DNA of 64,000 nucleotides. Origin: Camelus dromedarius. Taxonomy: Eukaryota. Below the pieces are notes generated by a model. It worked only from the letters and a program-made list of their open reading frames with translations, did no database searches and had not been told where the DNA came from. How positions within the stretch are numbered: position 1 is the stretch's first letter; every line of letters starts with the position of its first letter. The stretch is from positions 8,620,001-8,684,000 of the forward strand of contig NC_087445.1 of NCBI RefSeq assembly GCF_036321535.1, in the 5' to 3' direction. Positions 50,249-62,580 of this stretch are shown in pieces. A program made the translations under genes and the position numbers.

Positions 50249-50824
50249 CACACTGGGAGACTTTTGAAAATTGAGGACTATCCATAATTGTGGTGGGACA
50301 GCAGGAGTAAACCAAGACCGTGCCCCAGAAAAATTGAGATGAATGATCTCCCTAGCGTTGTACCTTGTCCTGGGGGGTAGCTTGATTTTTCAATACTTCT
50401 TGGGTCTACTGACTTCAGCAAAGGATAGGTTTGATTGCTCCAAAAAGCATGCATAGAGAATGATCTATGCCTTTCCACACAGGGTCTGGCAGAATCACTG
50501 GCTCCCCTGCTGTAATATGTTCTGATCCTACTGGTGCTGAAATGAGTGAGAAGAGTTTATGAGTGCATCGATAAATAAGAGTGGTCTGAGTAATGAGTAG
50601 AGGGGGCCCAGGCCTCGAGTCTTTCAGAAGTAATGGATTTTATCAGGAGTCTTCCGTAGTTCATCTGGGGAAGCAAGTCCTCATCTCACAGCCTCCCACC
50701 AGCTCTTTCCAAGTCCCTAGGATAGGAATTGGGAGGTTTGCTGTTGGCATGTGATTTATATAACGCTTGCTGCTAGCATGTGGGTGGGCACATGCTGCCT
50801 TAACAGTTTGTGACAGGTATCCTG

Positions 50825-50975
50825 AGGGTTCCAATCATGGCCTCTGGAGTCAGACTGGCTGGGTATTAATCCTTAGAGGGCAAGGCACTTAAGTGGTGTG
50901 CCTCAGTGTTCTCCACTGTGAGATGACAACAGTAATACTAACAGCATAGGCTTGTTAAAAGGATGGGAGATTTAT
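50825..50975 (+). mobile_element. MIR SINE
   Basis: ctctggagtcagactggctgggtattaatcc...gtgcctcagtgttctccactgtgagatga. Confidence 0.7.
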
Positions 50976-51710
50976 AACTGTGCCTGGAAATAAAGGTTAG
51001 CTGTTCCCAATAAAGGATATTCATAGCATCTGCACCCAAGATGATTACAAGGGGAAGAGCTGAAGCATCTGCACCCCATTAGATAACCCTCATCTTTCAA
51101 TACCTGTGTTTTACCATCTCCTGGTATAATTAATCTTAACAATTTTTCTTCCTCATCACCAGGCTTGGGAATAGGGGACACATGCCCCTAGCAGACTCAT
51201 TAGGAGTTTGCTAAAGTCATGGGTAAGTCTCTTATCTTGACTAGACCTACTTTTGGTTATTTGAGACAAGGAATGGAACAGAAATTTCAGGACATCAAGA
51301 TGTCTAGAAGCCATTCAAAGGGTTATTCTGCTGCCTTTTTATTCTCTATTCAAAATAATTTCACATGACACTCAGATATCATCACGTTTAGCTTTAGCCT
51401 GCTGCATGTGTGGTGAATTCTTCCAAAAGTGATGGCAGATTTTCCTCCCGTGCTTGCGGGGGCGCCCACAGGTGAACTTGTCTACCATAAGGGTAATTCT
51501 CAGTGAACTGTTTCCTGGGTTTTTTACTATTCCCAAGGACAGAAGCAAGTTGAGTTCACTAAGCCGCTCCATTCTTTTGAGGCTAACATGAAAAAGTAAC
51601 TTGTTAGGGTTTTTGAACTAAGATTCTCAGGGGAACTTTGAAAACATATATTTCATTTGCTGCAACAATGGAAATTTTATCTTTTTGAGAACAGGTGTAT
51701 ACAAATCTTG

Positions 51711-51734
51711 GTGTGTGTGTGTGTGTGTGTGTGT
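51711..51734. repeat. (GT)12 microsatellite
   Basis: Read directly from the sequence. Confidence 0.97.
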
Positions 51735-52003
51735 TTGAGAACAAAAGTTGTCACAATTGATTGTTTCCTTGAAAAAAGGTAAAGGACTTTAAATATATGG
51801 TGAAATTTCAGAGGACTTTCAAGCCTATAAAATGGAACTCAGCTAAGATTTTAGTGAAACGTTGCCATACTAGAATCCTGTTGGATTTGCATAAGCTAAA
51901 AGCCATGTAAATTATTTTCCAAGATCCTTTTACATCATACTGATACACAAGGGACCAGGGGAGGTAGCCCCAGTTGATAAATACTCAAAGTAGAATACCT
52001 TTT

Positions 52004-53284
52004 AAAAAAAAAATTGAAGTATAATAAGTTTACAATTTTGTGTCAACTTCTGGTGTACAACATAATGTTTCAGTTACACATATGCATATGTGTATTCGTT
52101 TTCATATTCTCTTTCATCATAGGTTACTACAAGGTATTGAATATAGTTCTCTGTGCTATACAGAAGAAACTTGTTTATTTTATATATAGTAGTTTGTATC
52201 TGCAAATCTTGAACTCTCAATTTATCCCTTTTCCCCTCTTTTCCCCCTGGTAACTGTAAGTTTTTTTCCTATGACTGTGAATCTGTTTATGTTTTGTAAA
52301 TAAGTTCATTTGTCTTTCTTAAGATTCCACATGTAAGTGATATCATATGATATTTTTCTTTCTCCGTCTGGCTTACTTCACTTAGAATGACAATCTCCAG
52401 GTCCATCCATGTTGCTGCAAATGGCATTATTTTATTCTTTTTTATGGCTGAGTAGTATTCCATTGTATAAATATACCACGGCTTCTTTATCCAGTCACCT
52501 GTTGATGGACACTTAGGTTATTTCCATGTCTTGGCTATTGTATATAGTGCTGCTATGAACACTGGGGTGCAGGTGTCTTTTTGAATTAGGGTTCCCTCTG
52601 GATATATGCCCAGGAGTGGGATTGCTGGGTCATGCAGTAAGTCTGTTTTTAGTCTTTTGAAGAATCCCCATACTGTTTTCCATAATGGCTGCACCAAACT
52701 CCATTCCCACCAGCAGTGTAGAAGGATTCCCTTTTCCCCACACCCTCTCCAGCAGTTATCATTTGTAGACTTCTTAGTGATGGCCATTCTCACTGGTGTG
52801 AAGTGATACCTCCTGGTAGTTTTGACTTACATTTCTCTGATAATTAGTGATATTGAGCATCTTTTCATATGCCCATTGGCCATTTGTATGTCTGCATTGG
52901 AGAATTGCTTGTTTAGGTCTTCTGCCATGTTTGGATTGAGTTTGTTTGTTTTTGTTATTAAGTTTTATGAATTGTTTCTATATTATGGAAATTAAGCCCT
53001 TGTCTATCTTATCTTTTGCGAATACTTTCTCCCATTCCATAGGTTGTCATTTTGTTTTGCTCATGGTTTCCTTTGCTGTGGAAAAAGCTTATAAGTTTAG
53101 TTAGGTACCATTTGTTTATTTTTGCTTTTATTTCTATTGCCTGGGTAGACTGCCCTAGGAGAACATTGCTGAGATGCATGTCAGAGAGTGTTTTGCCTGT
53201 TTTCTTCTTAGAGGTTTATAGTGTCTTGTCCTTTATTTAAGTCTTTAAGCCTTTTTGAGTTTATTTTTGTGTATGGTATGAGGG
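52004..53284 (-). mobile_element. 5'-truncated lineage-recent L1 (~1.3 kb, longest young copy in the window)
   Basis: ORF 52518-52793 [29 protein letters not shown]...[11 protein letters not shown] is the ORF2 cysteine-rich domain; 15-bp TSD agtagaatac(c/a)tttt at 51989-52003 and 53285-53299. Confidence 0.95.
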
Positions 53285-53644
53285 AGTAGAATACATTTTT
53301 GCTCTAGCCCTACCTACCCTGCCTTCCACAAGGATGCTCTGAACTCAGAATTAAGGTCTCAGTGAGATCCAGGTTCACCCAGAAGCTACCTTGGAGGCGA
53401 GAGATCCTGGGAAGGTGATCAAGGACTGGACCTGTCATCTGGAAAGCCCATCACCTAACTGTACTGCACACCATGATGCCACTTTGGTTGTCTCCTTTTT
53501 TTTTCCTTAAAGGGAGGAAGGGGCAGCTGATTAGCTCCCAAATTCCTGGCGGCGTAGTTTTAGCTCTGTCGTTCACCACCGCTCTGCCCTGGAGGCCCTT
53601 TATTTGACCCTCCTGTCTTCATATCTGGGTGCATCCTTCCTTCC

Positions 53645-54100
53645 TTACCCTGTTAGTCTTTAGTATTGGCTTCTCGTTAGCATTCCTGCTCTTCTACATT
53701 TTCTGCAATGTCACAGAGGCTCGAAGCCTAGAAATGACTTTGCTTCCCTGCCAGTGGGGTTCTGGTTTATGGTCTCATCAATGAGAGGTTCTCACCTGAT
53801 GTTTGGAAGGTGGACAAGGAATAACCAGCACTTCCCCAGCCGTGGGAACAGGTGCCTGGACTTCCACTGGCGGCAGCCGTGGGGGTTGACAGTAGTTTTG
53901 GGGCGTCATCTGTGAGTCCGCAAGGCTGGTTCCCTGTGATTCTTGTCCACTCAGCTAGCTGAAACCTGGCAAAGGCTATCGTGACCTTTATTCTGCTTCC
54001 ACAAGCCCCTCCAATTGTTCTGTGAGTCTCTGATACTTAGTATTAAGTTATTTTCTGTGTAAAATACTTGAGTGGCTGCTGTTTTTGAAACCAAAGTATG
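53645..54100 (+). mobile_element. LTR33-like ERVL solo LTR
   Basis: cttccctgccagtggggttctggttt...caatgagagg...tttggaaggtgga and a 3' end aaaatacttgagtggctgctgttt. Confidence 0.6.
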
Positions 54101-54619
54101 GTTGTTAAAGCAGCCAGCTTGTAGATAGCCTGTGACAAGACTGAATAGGAAGCCGCACTGGACTCTGACTGGAGCAGATGTCCCCCGCGCTGTAGCTCAT
54201 GATGTTGCGAGACCTCCCCCGTCTCCAGCCTTTCAACTCAGGCGGCCACCAGGCAAGCGTGCTTGGCCTCTTCCCTACATGGAGACAAAGGAAACTGCTT
54301 CTTCTGCTTTTCCTAACAGCATCCCTCTCATAAGTGTTACCATTTCCCCTCACTTAATAGGAAAGGAAACGGGGGTCAGGGAGTTTCAGTAGTAGGAAAG
54401 CTACCAAGAGGCAAAAGTCTGCTTTGCATCAGTTTTCCTTTGCCATTTTCACACACCTCTGAATTCTTGTCTAGAGCCGACCTCCTTCGGAGTCCCTTCA
54501 ATGGAATTCTAATTCTCTATTTCCCTGTGGTATTTTGACTGTCGTTATTTATTGTCAGATTTTAAAATTTGCTTTCTAGAAGACTTTCTAGCTGAAAGAA
54601 AAAAACTGCAATGATAATA

Positions 54620-54860
54620 ATAATATTAAAAAAGTGTCACTTATTAAGCAGTTACAAATGTCAGACACTGCTGTTTTAATTGCTCATTTAATCATGAAAA
54701 TTGCTCATTTAATCACGAATGATCCAAGGAGTCATGCATTTTTATTATCTATTTGACAAAAATGAAAACTGAGACTCCCAGAGGTTTAGTCCAAAGTAAT
54801 AGAGGTAGTTTATAGCAAACCCAGATTCCCACCCAGGTCTCTTTATCGCCAATGCTTCTG
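54620..54860 (-). mobile_element. MIR with an internal 20-bp tandem duplication
   Basis: aattgctcatttaatca occurs twice in tandem; aatgaaaactgagactcccagaggtt...ccagattcccacccaggtct. Confidence 0.75.
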
Positions 54861-56269
54861 TCGATTCATTTAATAAATATTTTTCGAGCGCTCGGTGTGT
54901 GCTGGGCACTCCTCAGTCCGCGGTGGAGCCGGGCAAGGGAAGCGAGGACACACCCAGTCAGTGTGGAGCGGGAGATGAGAAGGTGGGGGGTGGAGTTCAG
55001 CGTGAAGAGCTTGTGGTGATTGACAAGTGCACACATCCCACCAAGAAGCTGTCACGATGATCTGAGAATAAAATACAGGTATTTTTCTTTGAATCTCTGT
55101 ATATTGCTTTTTCAAAAAGCTACAAATTTGTCAGCATATAACTACCTGTTAAGTAGTTTGAAACTGTTTAGTAAATGGATCTGTGTGGCCTAGGGATGCT
55201 GTTAAAAAAAATACTGATACTAAGGAAGCCATAAACTGAGAAAGTTTGAGAACCTTGGGCTACAGGTTAGAAGTGAAATAAATTTGAACTTTACTTATGT
55301 GGTCTTAAAATTTAACCAATTGCTCTAAAATTCAGGTTTCCTCCTTTCCTCAAAGCACATCTCAGTCCTCATTAAATGTATGTGCTCTATGCTTTGCTTA
55401 AAAATTCTCCTGAAAAAAAAAGTGATTCAGATAAACAGGGTTTTCTCATTAATAAAATGATGCATCTTCCAATTGCTATCACTAGTCTCACACAGCTTTT
55501 TCATTTTTCAAACCTTTATTAAAATGTCACTTCTATCAGGAAATTAATTATGAAAAGAGGAATTGAGTGATTGGAGCCATAATTTGAGAATGGACCAAGA
55601 ATTACTTCTTCAGAGCATGCTCTGATCTTAATCCATCATTTTGTGCTGATGAGTCACGAGCCCCACCCACCCCTGGGGCTGCCCAGCAGAGGTACCGCAG
55701 GTCATCTAGAGCTTGGGCCTCACCCTTTGCCCACAGGCATCCCAGGCTTTGAGCAAAGGCCCCACATTCATGTGCCACCAGTGATGGTCTAAAATTGTCT
55801 CTCTAAAAATTCAGAACCTATTTACTTCTTTAAGGAACTTGTGCAGTATAGTATTTAGCATTATTTTTTTCTAAGAGGTAAATTACTTTATGTTGACCTG
55901 AATTTATACACTTGCTGGTCAGTGATTTCTGTGTTCAGGTCCATTGTGAGTCTTCTGATGTCATTCTCACAGAAACTCCTCACAGTTTACGAACCAGTGG
56001 AGTCTTGTTAGAAGCAATTTCTGGACACTCATTTTAAACTAAATATAACTGCATTTGAGGATGTTGCTTTTTTAAAAAAACATTGTTGGTGGTATCCTTC
56101 CCAAATCCCTGAATCCTTCCTTGATCTCAGAGCATTTTAATAAGCTCCCAAGATGGTAAAGAATAGAGACTTTCTTTTCATAAGGGAGAAAACAGAGGTG
56201 CCCAGAAATTTAATCAAGTAGTTATGGGAACAGCATTAGACCTGGCTCAAGTCACATATCAATGTGGCG

Positions 56270-56535
56270 TATTTATTTTCAAGTCTCAGTATAAACGTCA
56301 TTTCTTTAATGAAGCTTTCATTTGTCCACAGACCTGTGAAGCATCTTCTGTTTCACACTCTCATGGCGCTCATTCTGTGGAAGCACCCGGCGTTGAACGG
56401 GGACTCTAGTGTGGTGGCTTCTTCCCCGGCAGACTTCCAGTCTTCTTGGCTAAGTAACCGTGCTTTTTTTGATTTCTTGTACCTGTATCTTCAGCATGTA
56501 GCACCCTGCCTGGTGCTTGATAAATATTATAGAAT
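56270..56535 (+). mobile_element. L2 3' end
   Basis: ttcaagtctcagtataaacgtcatttc...tgtatcttcagcatgtagcacc...tgcttgataaatatt. Confidence 0.6.
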
Positions 56536-59201
56536 GAGGAAAGGGAGGAAAGAAAGGAAGAAGGCAGGAAAGAACAGAAGAGAAAGAAATTAAGTGGACA
56601 GATGGGTCCAAAAGTTACTTGTTGAAACCCGTGACCACAGTAATTAGAGGGACCCAGGCCTCTGCTTTTAAAGTGTTACTTTTCTAATGATAACAGTAGA
56701 CCTTGCATGTCAAAGAATAGCCCTGCTAATGGTACCTCCTTGCCAAGCTCTATAGATGAAAAATAAGGGGAATAGCTTAATCAGCAATTGTGAATATCCA
56801 CTAGTCTTTGTATAAAACTTATTACTATTTCCTCACAATAAAATATAGGAGGAACAGAATGATGGCAAAGGCTCATCTCAGGGAAAAAAGCAGGCAGGTG
56901 GCTCTGATGACCAAAGAACTCACTGCCAACAGCTCTGAAAAGAAGGAGCAAAGCACAGACAATGTGGTTCAAAGACTCTGAATTGTACTGGATCATTCTT
57001 TCCCACCTTCTTTGTCAACTGGTCACAATCAGTCCCCCTAGCCTTTCCTCCTCAGAATGCAAGCTCTGGAAACCAGGGAGCATGGTTTTAACCTTGCATG
57101 ACTTTTATTTCCCTCGGATAAACGCCCTCTTTTCATCAAAAGCTTCTTAAATCAGAGGAGCTCTCATCTCTGCTCCCATTTCTCTCGTGTGAGTTGAACG
57201 GATATCTGGGTTTAATGCTGTGACCATCAGCAGGGGCTCCTGAATGAGCTAATGGCTACCTGGGTGTGCATGTCCAATAGGCCAGGGGCATCCCTTTGAT
57301 TTATTGACCTGGTCTGGCAACCACCCTGTCATCTCTAAAATGCCCACCACTGGTCAGAGGGCTCCTGGGGAGGGAGTGCGACTGGCTTCTTGTGAAATCA
57401 TTGCTGCCTCTTGGAAAAGCAAGTAAACCTTGTGCCGGGCTCCATCGCCTCACCTGAATGGGCAAGGTAGGTAACTTCACTGTCACCACAGCATAAATAA
57501 TTCAGATTGAGGGGATGAATTTATTGATTTTTAAAAGAAAGGAAAACCATAGATTCGCAGTCTTTGCTTGTTAATTTAAGGTGTCATGGCAGCCCCGGAC
57601 TTCCAGAGCACTGGACTTCTGCTTTGGCTTTGCACCCACAATGGCAGTTAGTCAGTGAGCTAGGAAACAAATTCTTCAGAGGCAGACGGCAGTGAGTTAG
57701 ACGCCTACCAAAGCATGTTTTGAAGAGGGATTCGTGAGTGTATTCCATATTGGAAGGACATTGGAGGGCTTTGAAAACTGACACAGAGGAGGCCCCTGAG
57801 CGATGATCAGTCTGCACTGAGACCAGTTCTGAAGAGAGTTAGCAGAGTGTAAACTCCTCCAGGGAAAGAGCTGAATTTCACTTCCCTTTGTTTCTTCACT
57901 GCTGTCTTCTCCTCACCACCCCCGGGGTAGCTTCTACCTGCTTGTAGGCCAGATTCCTCACTGTCAGGTACATGGGGGTGCAGTTTATACCTGATGCCCA
58001 TTACTCTTTACCACTCACTGACTTCACCACAGCCTCCCGTGAACTTGCCTTCAAGGAAACTGCCCTCAAAACTCAGTCTCTTTACAATGAAAATTATTCA
58101 TCATTATATTATTTAATTACTAAATTTAATGGTCTGAACTAAATCTTCATCCTTTTTTTGCCCTACTCTAGAAGTGAACATCTGACCACCAAGATTTCTT
58201 CAAACTTTCTCCTCCATTGGCTTCCGATGCACTGTGTTATCTGAGGTCCTCTATCCTATCCTCTCCTTGACCCCTTTCCTCCTGTGCATCCTGGAACTGC
58301 ACATCCTACACACTTCTCTATCTTTACTGTCTTGGAGAGTGGACCCTTAGATTTTCATCCCTATATCTGACTGTTTTTTTTTAGTAATGATTCACCCAAG
58401 TCAAGTGAGGTCCAAGAGTATGTCTATTTTAAAATCTCTTGATTCTTGTTACAAATCACTTTCTAGAAAGGTTATCTCAGTTTGTGTTTCCACTTCCAGG
58501 ACATTAGGATACCCACTTTGAGGTGCCCACATCAATACAGAACGCTAGCTTTAAAGTATTTGATAATTTCTTAGGTGGAGTTAACAGTACAATGGTTAAG
58601 CACCTCAAAATGCTGCATGCTTTAAGCTGCTCCTGTGCTTTCTGCCCTTTTATGCTGGGCATCTCTGAGGAACTGTGAGGAGAGAGAAAGTGTCAGAGGG
58701 CCAAGAGGTCAGGGGACTGAAAAAGGACAATGATCAGATTGGGCTTGGTTCACAGCATTGTCTCGTGCTGCTGGGGACTGACCCCCTTTTATGACCCATG
58801 TAGACCTGTGAGTCCTGAAATTAGGTGCAGAGAGTGGGAGTGAGTCTATTTCCCACACCTTCTTTATTGAGTTTGGACTTGATCTAGTCAAGAAATAGTT
58901 TAAGAAGCGTTATTCATTATTTCCTCATTAGTAATGCAGTGTGTAGAAATTCTGCCTAGATTTGAGTGGGTCTTCCCTATATTTAACATATAAAGCTACT
59001 GCCATTATTAGTGATTTTATACATCTTCATGAAAGCTGGGACTAGACATACCAAACATATACAGCCTCCTGCCATGAAAACCTGGAAAGAATTCTCAGTA
59101 TCCCTTAGTTTGCTTCAGAAATATCACCGGCACAAACATTTTATGAAAGGTACAGTCTTCTTACAGAAGGATTTACAAAGACAAATAAGACCCATACTCT
59201 G

Positions 59202-59826
59202 GGAAGCTCTTAATTCAGAAAGATACATGTGCCTCAAGGTTCATAGCAGCACTATTTACAATAGCCAAGACATGGAAACAGCCTAAATGTCCATCAACAG
59301 ATGACTGGATACAGAAGTTGTAGTATATACATATACACACACACAATGGAATATTACTCAGCCATAAAAAAGAATAAAATAATGCCATTTGCAGTAACAT
59401 GGATGCACCTAGAGATCATCATACTAAGTGAAGTAAGCCAGAAAGAGAAAGAAAAATACCATATGATATCACTTATGTGTAGAGTCTAAAATAAATGAGA
59501 CAAATGAACTTGTTTATAAAACAGAAACAAACTCACAGACATAGAAAACAAAATTGTGGACACCAGGGGAGTAAAGTGGGGGGAGGAGAGCTAAAGTGGG
59601 AGTTTGAGATTTGCAGATACTAGCTACTATATATAACATAGATAAACAGTAAGGCCCTACCGTATAGCACAGGGAACTATATTCAATACCTTGTAATAGC
59701 CTATAGTGAAAAAGACTATGAAAAGGGATATATACGTATAGGTATAAGTGAATCACTGTGTTGTGCACCAGAAACTAACACAACATTGTAAACTGACTAT
59801 ACGTCAATAAAAAAAGAATGAAAAAG
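59202..59826 (+). mobile_element. 5'-truncated lineage-recent L1
   Basis: MEYYSAIKKNKIMPFAVTWMHLEIIILSEVSQKEKEKYHMISL; 13-bp TSD gacccatactctg at 59189-59201 and 59827-59839. Confidence 0.95.
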
Positions 59827-59869
59827 GACCCATACTCTGCTTTCAAGTAGCCCATTTACCCAGTTAAAG

Positions 59870-60720
59870 AGGTAAAACAAATATCAATGTGACTAAGTCC
59901 CGGACGTGACTGAAAGCCAAGTGCCACTCGGTTAAACAAACAAGAACATGAATGAATATTAGAGGAATCATTGGGAAGGAAAATGTATAATCTGATGGAA
60001 ATGGGCCAAGTTTCACAAATAATGTGGCATTTGATATAGACATAGAGGGATGGGCATGGTTTTTACAAGTAGAATGAAAGTCTGATTTGGGGAGAAGAGG
60101 CAGCATTTTGAATTGAAGAAATTGTGCGTGAGCAAAGGTTAATGCACGGAGGAAAGCATCTTCTCTAGAGGGATGGGTTCTTGTCCCAACTGTGGATGTT
60201 ACATGTCAAGATGGTGAGACTCTATTTTTCATTAAGTAGCCAATGGGTGCCCTCTGAGAGCCCCTGAAGGAGGAACATACTTGATGCTGAATTTTATTGT
60301 GAAATAATATTCAGCCCTGTGAAGTCTAGATTAGAATAAAGAATGGGAGTTTGATGCCCGGTGAGAAGGCTGTTATTCCATTAGTCTAGGGAGGGTGTCA
60401 AGTATCCCTGAGACAGGGAGGCAGGAATAAGACACATGAGGAAAGAGATGCAGAGGGGCCTGATGGAAATAAAAGTGAATGACTTGGCACATAATTAAAT
60501 TTGGGACGAGGGGATAGACTTCAAGTCCAGGTGCCCAGGAGACTATTTAAATTATGGTGTTATTAATGGATAATGAATTCAGAGAAGGAAATGATGTAGG
60601 AAAAGAAGTGAGTTTGAATTTGAATGCATCTGTCCATTTTCATTCATTTTTTTGCTAAGCAGGCAGTGGAAGGTTTGGGAAGTAGGAGAGAAAAATTAGG
60701 TGGACACATCTAGGAACAAT
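59870..60720 (-). mobile_element. L2 fragment
   Basis: Purine-rich antisense L2 pattern (ggtgagaaggctgttattcc...gtctagg, gacttggcacataattaaatttggg, gaagtgagtttgaatttgaatgcat). Confidence 0.6.
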
Positions 60721-60779
60721 TAGCATGGTGACCTTGGGATGAGCACAGGACCGAAGGTGAGTGAATCAGATTCCTTCCT

Positions 60780-61040
60780 GAGGAACAGAAGAAAGAGGGG
60801 AGTGCCAGTCCTGCTTGGTTGACAGCCGTGTGCCCTGCAACGTGGAGCAGGGTGATCTGAGATCAGAGGGAGGAATGAAGGCGAGGGAGAGAGAGAGTCT
60901 TGGTGGTGCTGGAGTCCCTAAGAAATGACTGCATCCATTTCCATCGTTACTTGAGCCTTATAATAAGTTTATCCCTTTTGCTAAACTAGTTTGAAGAGAA
61001 TTGCTGTGATTTGTGACCACAGGCATCCTGACTATTAACA
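60780..61040 (+). mobile_element. Old MLT1 (K/L-like) LTR 3' part
   Basis: cccttttgctaaactagtttgaagag...tgtgatttgtgaccacaggcatcctgactattaaca is an MLT1 terminus. Confidence 0.65.
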
Positions 61041-62354
61041 CTATTAAAAAGTCAGAACTTGTCATCAGACATTTCACTTCCATTTTCAGTGTGCTGGAGG
61101 ATTTATTCTCTCATTCATTGAATATTTAATAAGCCCCTGCTCTGACCTGGGCATTATGATGGTCTCTGAAGATAAATTGGATATTGAATTGGAGAGAGGA
61201 CTGAATGGAGAAGGAAGGCTTTGAAGTAGGTCTGGCCCCAAAGTCAAGACAAACCCCAATGTGTGAATGGGTGAAATTCCAAGTGCCCTTCTGTAAATTG
61301 GCTGTTTGACAGTTAGAAGAGATTAGTCCCCAGAAACCTCATTGTGAACGGTGGCAATGTGCCCGGGAGAGCTGGGGGAAGCCCACTTCCTACCCATCCA
61401 GTGGGACAAAATAGACATGAAAACAATAGTGTGATCACAGACATAGCATGTTTTTCCAAAAAGCTCATGTGGGACACCATCTGAGGACACCAGGCATAGG
61501 TCAGACTTGGGTGGATTCTCATGAGGCAGCCGTAGCATGTGGAACACGGTTGTTAAAGTTCACGATGTGTGAGAACAGACAAGAGCAACTTGGTGGTGAC
61601 AGAGCCTCCTAGGCCTCCCGGCTGTGAGGAGAAAGGGGAGTTCTTTTGGCCCTGGCATGCAGTTGAGTTCTTAGTTACAGTTCTGTGAAGGATGGTTGTA
61701 AGTCAGGCATTTCCGCATGAGACATATACGTCAGATAGGCGCAGTTAAATTTCTACTGTCTGTGCGATAAGGACAAACCTCATGATAACATAATTGTGAG
61801 GTTTTGTGTTCTGAAATAAAATATAAATGAAAGAGATAAAGATTACACATGTTCACTGAGATACTTATTTCATTCATGCATTCACGTACGCATTTCACAA
61901 GTCTTCATTAAGTCCTTCCATACCTTTCGTATGTTCAGCAAAATGCCACACCCTGAGGATACAGAAGCAAGTAAACTTGGGAACTCCTAGTCTAATAATG
62001 AGACTAGTTAAAAAATAACAGGAAAAAATTATTGGAGCACAGAAGTCCTTAACACAGTTTTGGATTCTTCTAAGATTGTCCTTCTTTTTCTCCATAGCAC
62101 GCACTTCTCCCAGACATAAGGCATATATTTATTTCTTGTTTATTTGGCTTTTCTCACTTGAATGTAAATCCCATGGGGCAGGAAAAAAAATGAAATTGGG
62201 CCTTCCCAGATGTTTACAGGAAAAAGTATAAAGAATGAGTACCATCGACGAGCCTGTTAAGGACAGCATGGGCAAAGGCAGGGATGAAAAATGACATCTC
62301 AAGTGGTTTTGTCACAGGCTCCTTGCTGGAAGAGCACTAATATGATAATAAGAA

Positions 62355-62580
62355 ATTAAATAATAAGGAAAATATTACTATAGGGCCGGTGATATGCAAG
62401 ACATCGCTGTGAGCATTTTGGGTCCATCACCACGTGCAGCCTTCACAAGCCTGGGCGGGGGCACTAGTATGGTTGCTGTGTTACAGGAGAGGACACTGAG
62501 GTACAGAGAGACTCTCAGCATCTTGCCAAAGAGCATATGACTGGTGGGGACTGGAGCCAAGATTTGAACCCAGACAGGCT
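62355..62580 (-). mobile_element. MIR SINE
   Basis: ttacaggagaggacactgaggtacagagag...cttgccaaag...ggagccaagatttgaacccagacag. Confidence 0.75.
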
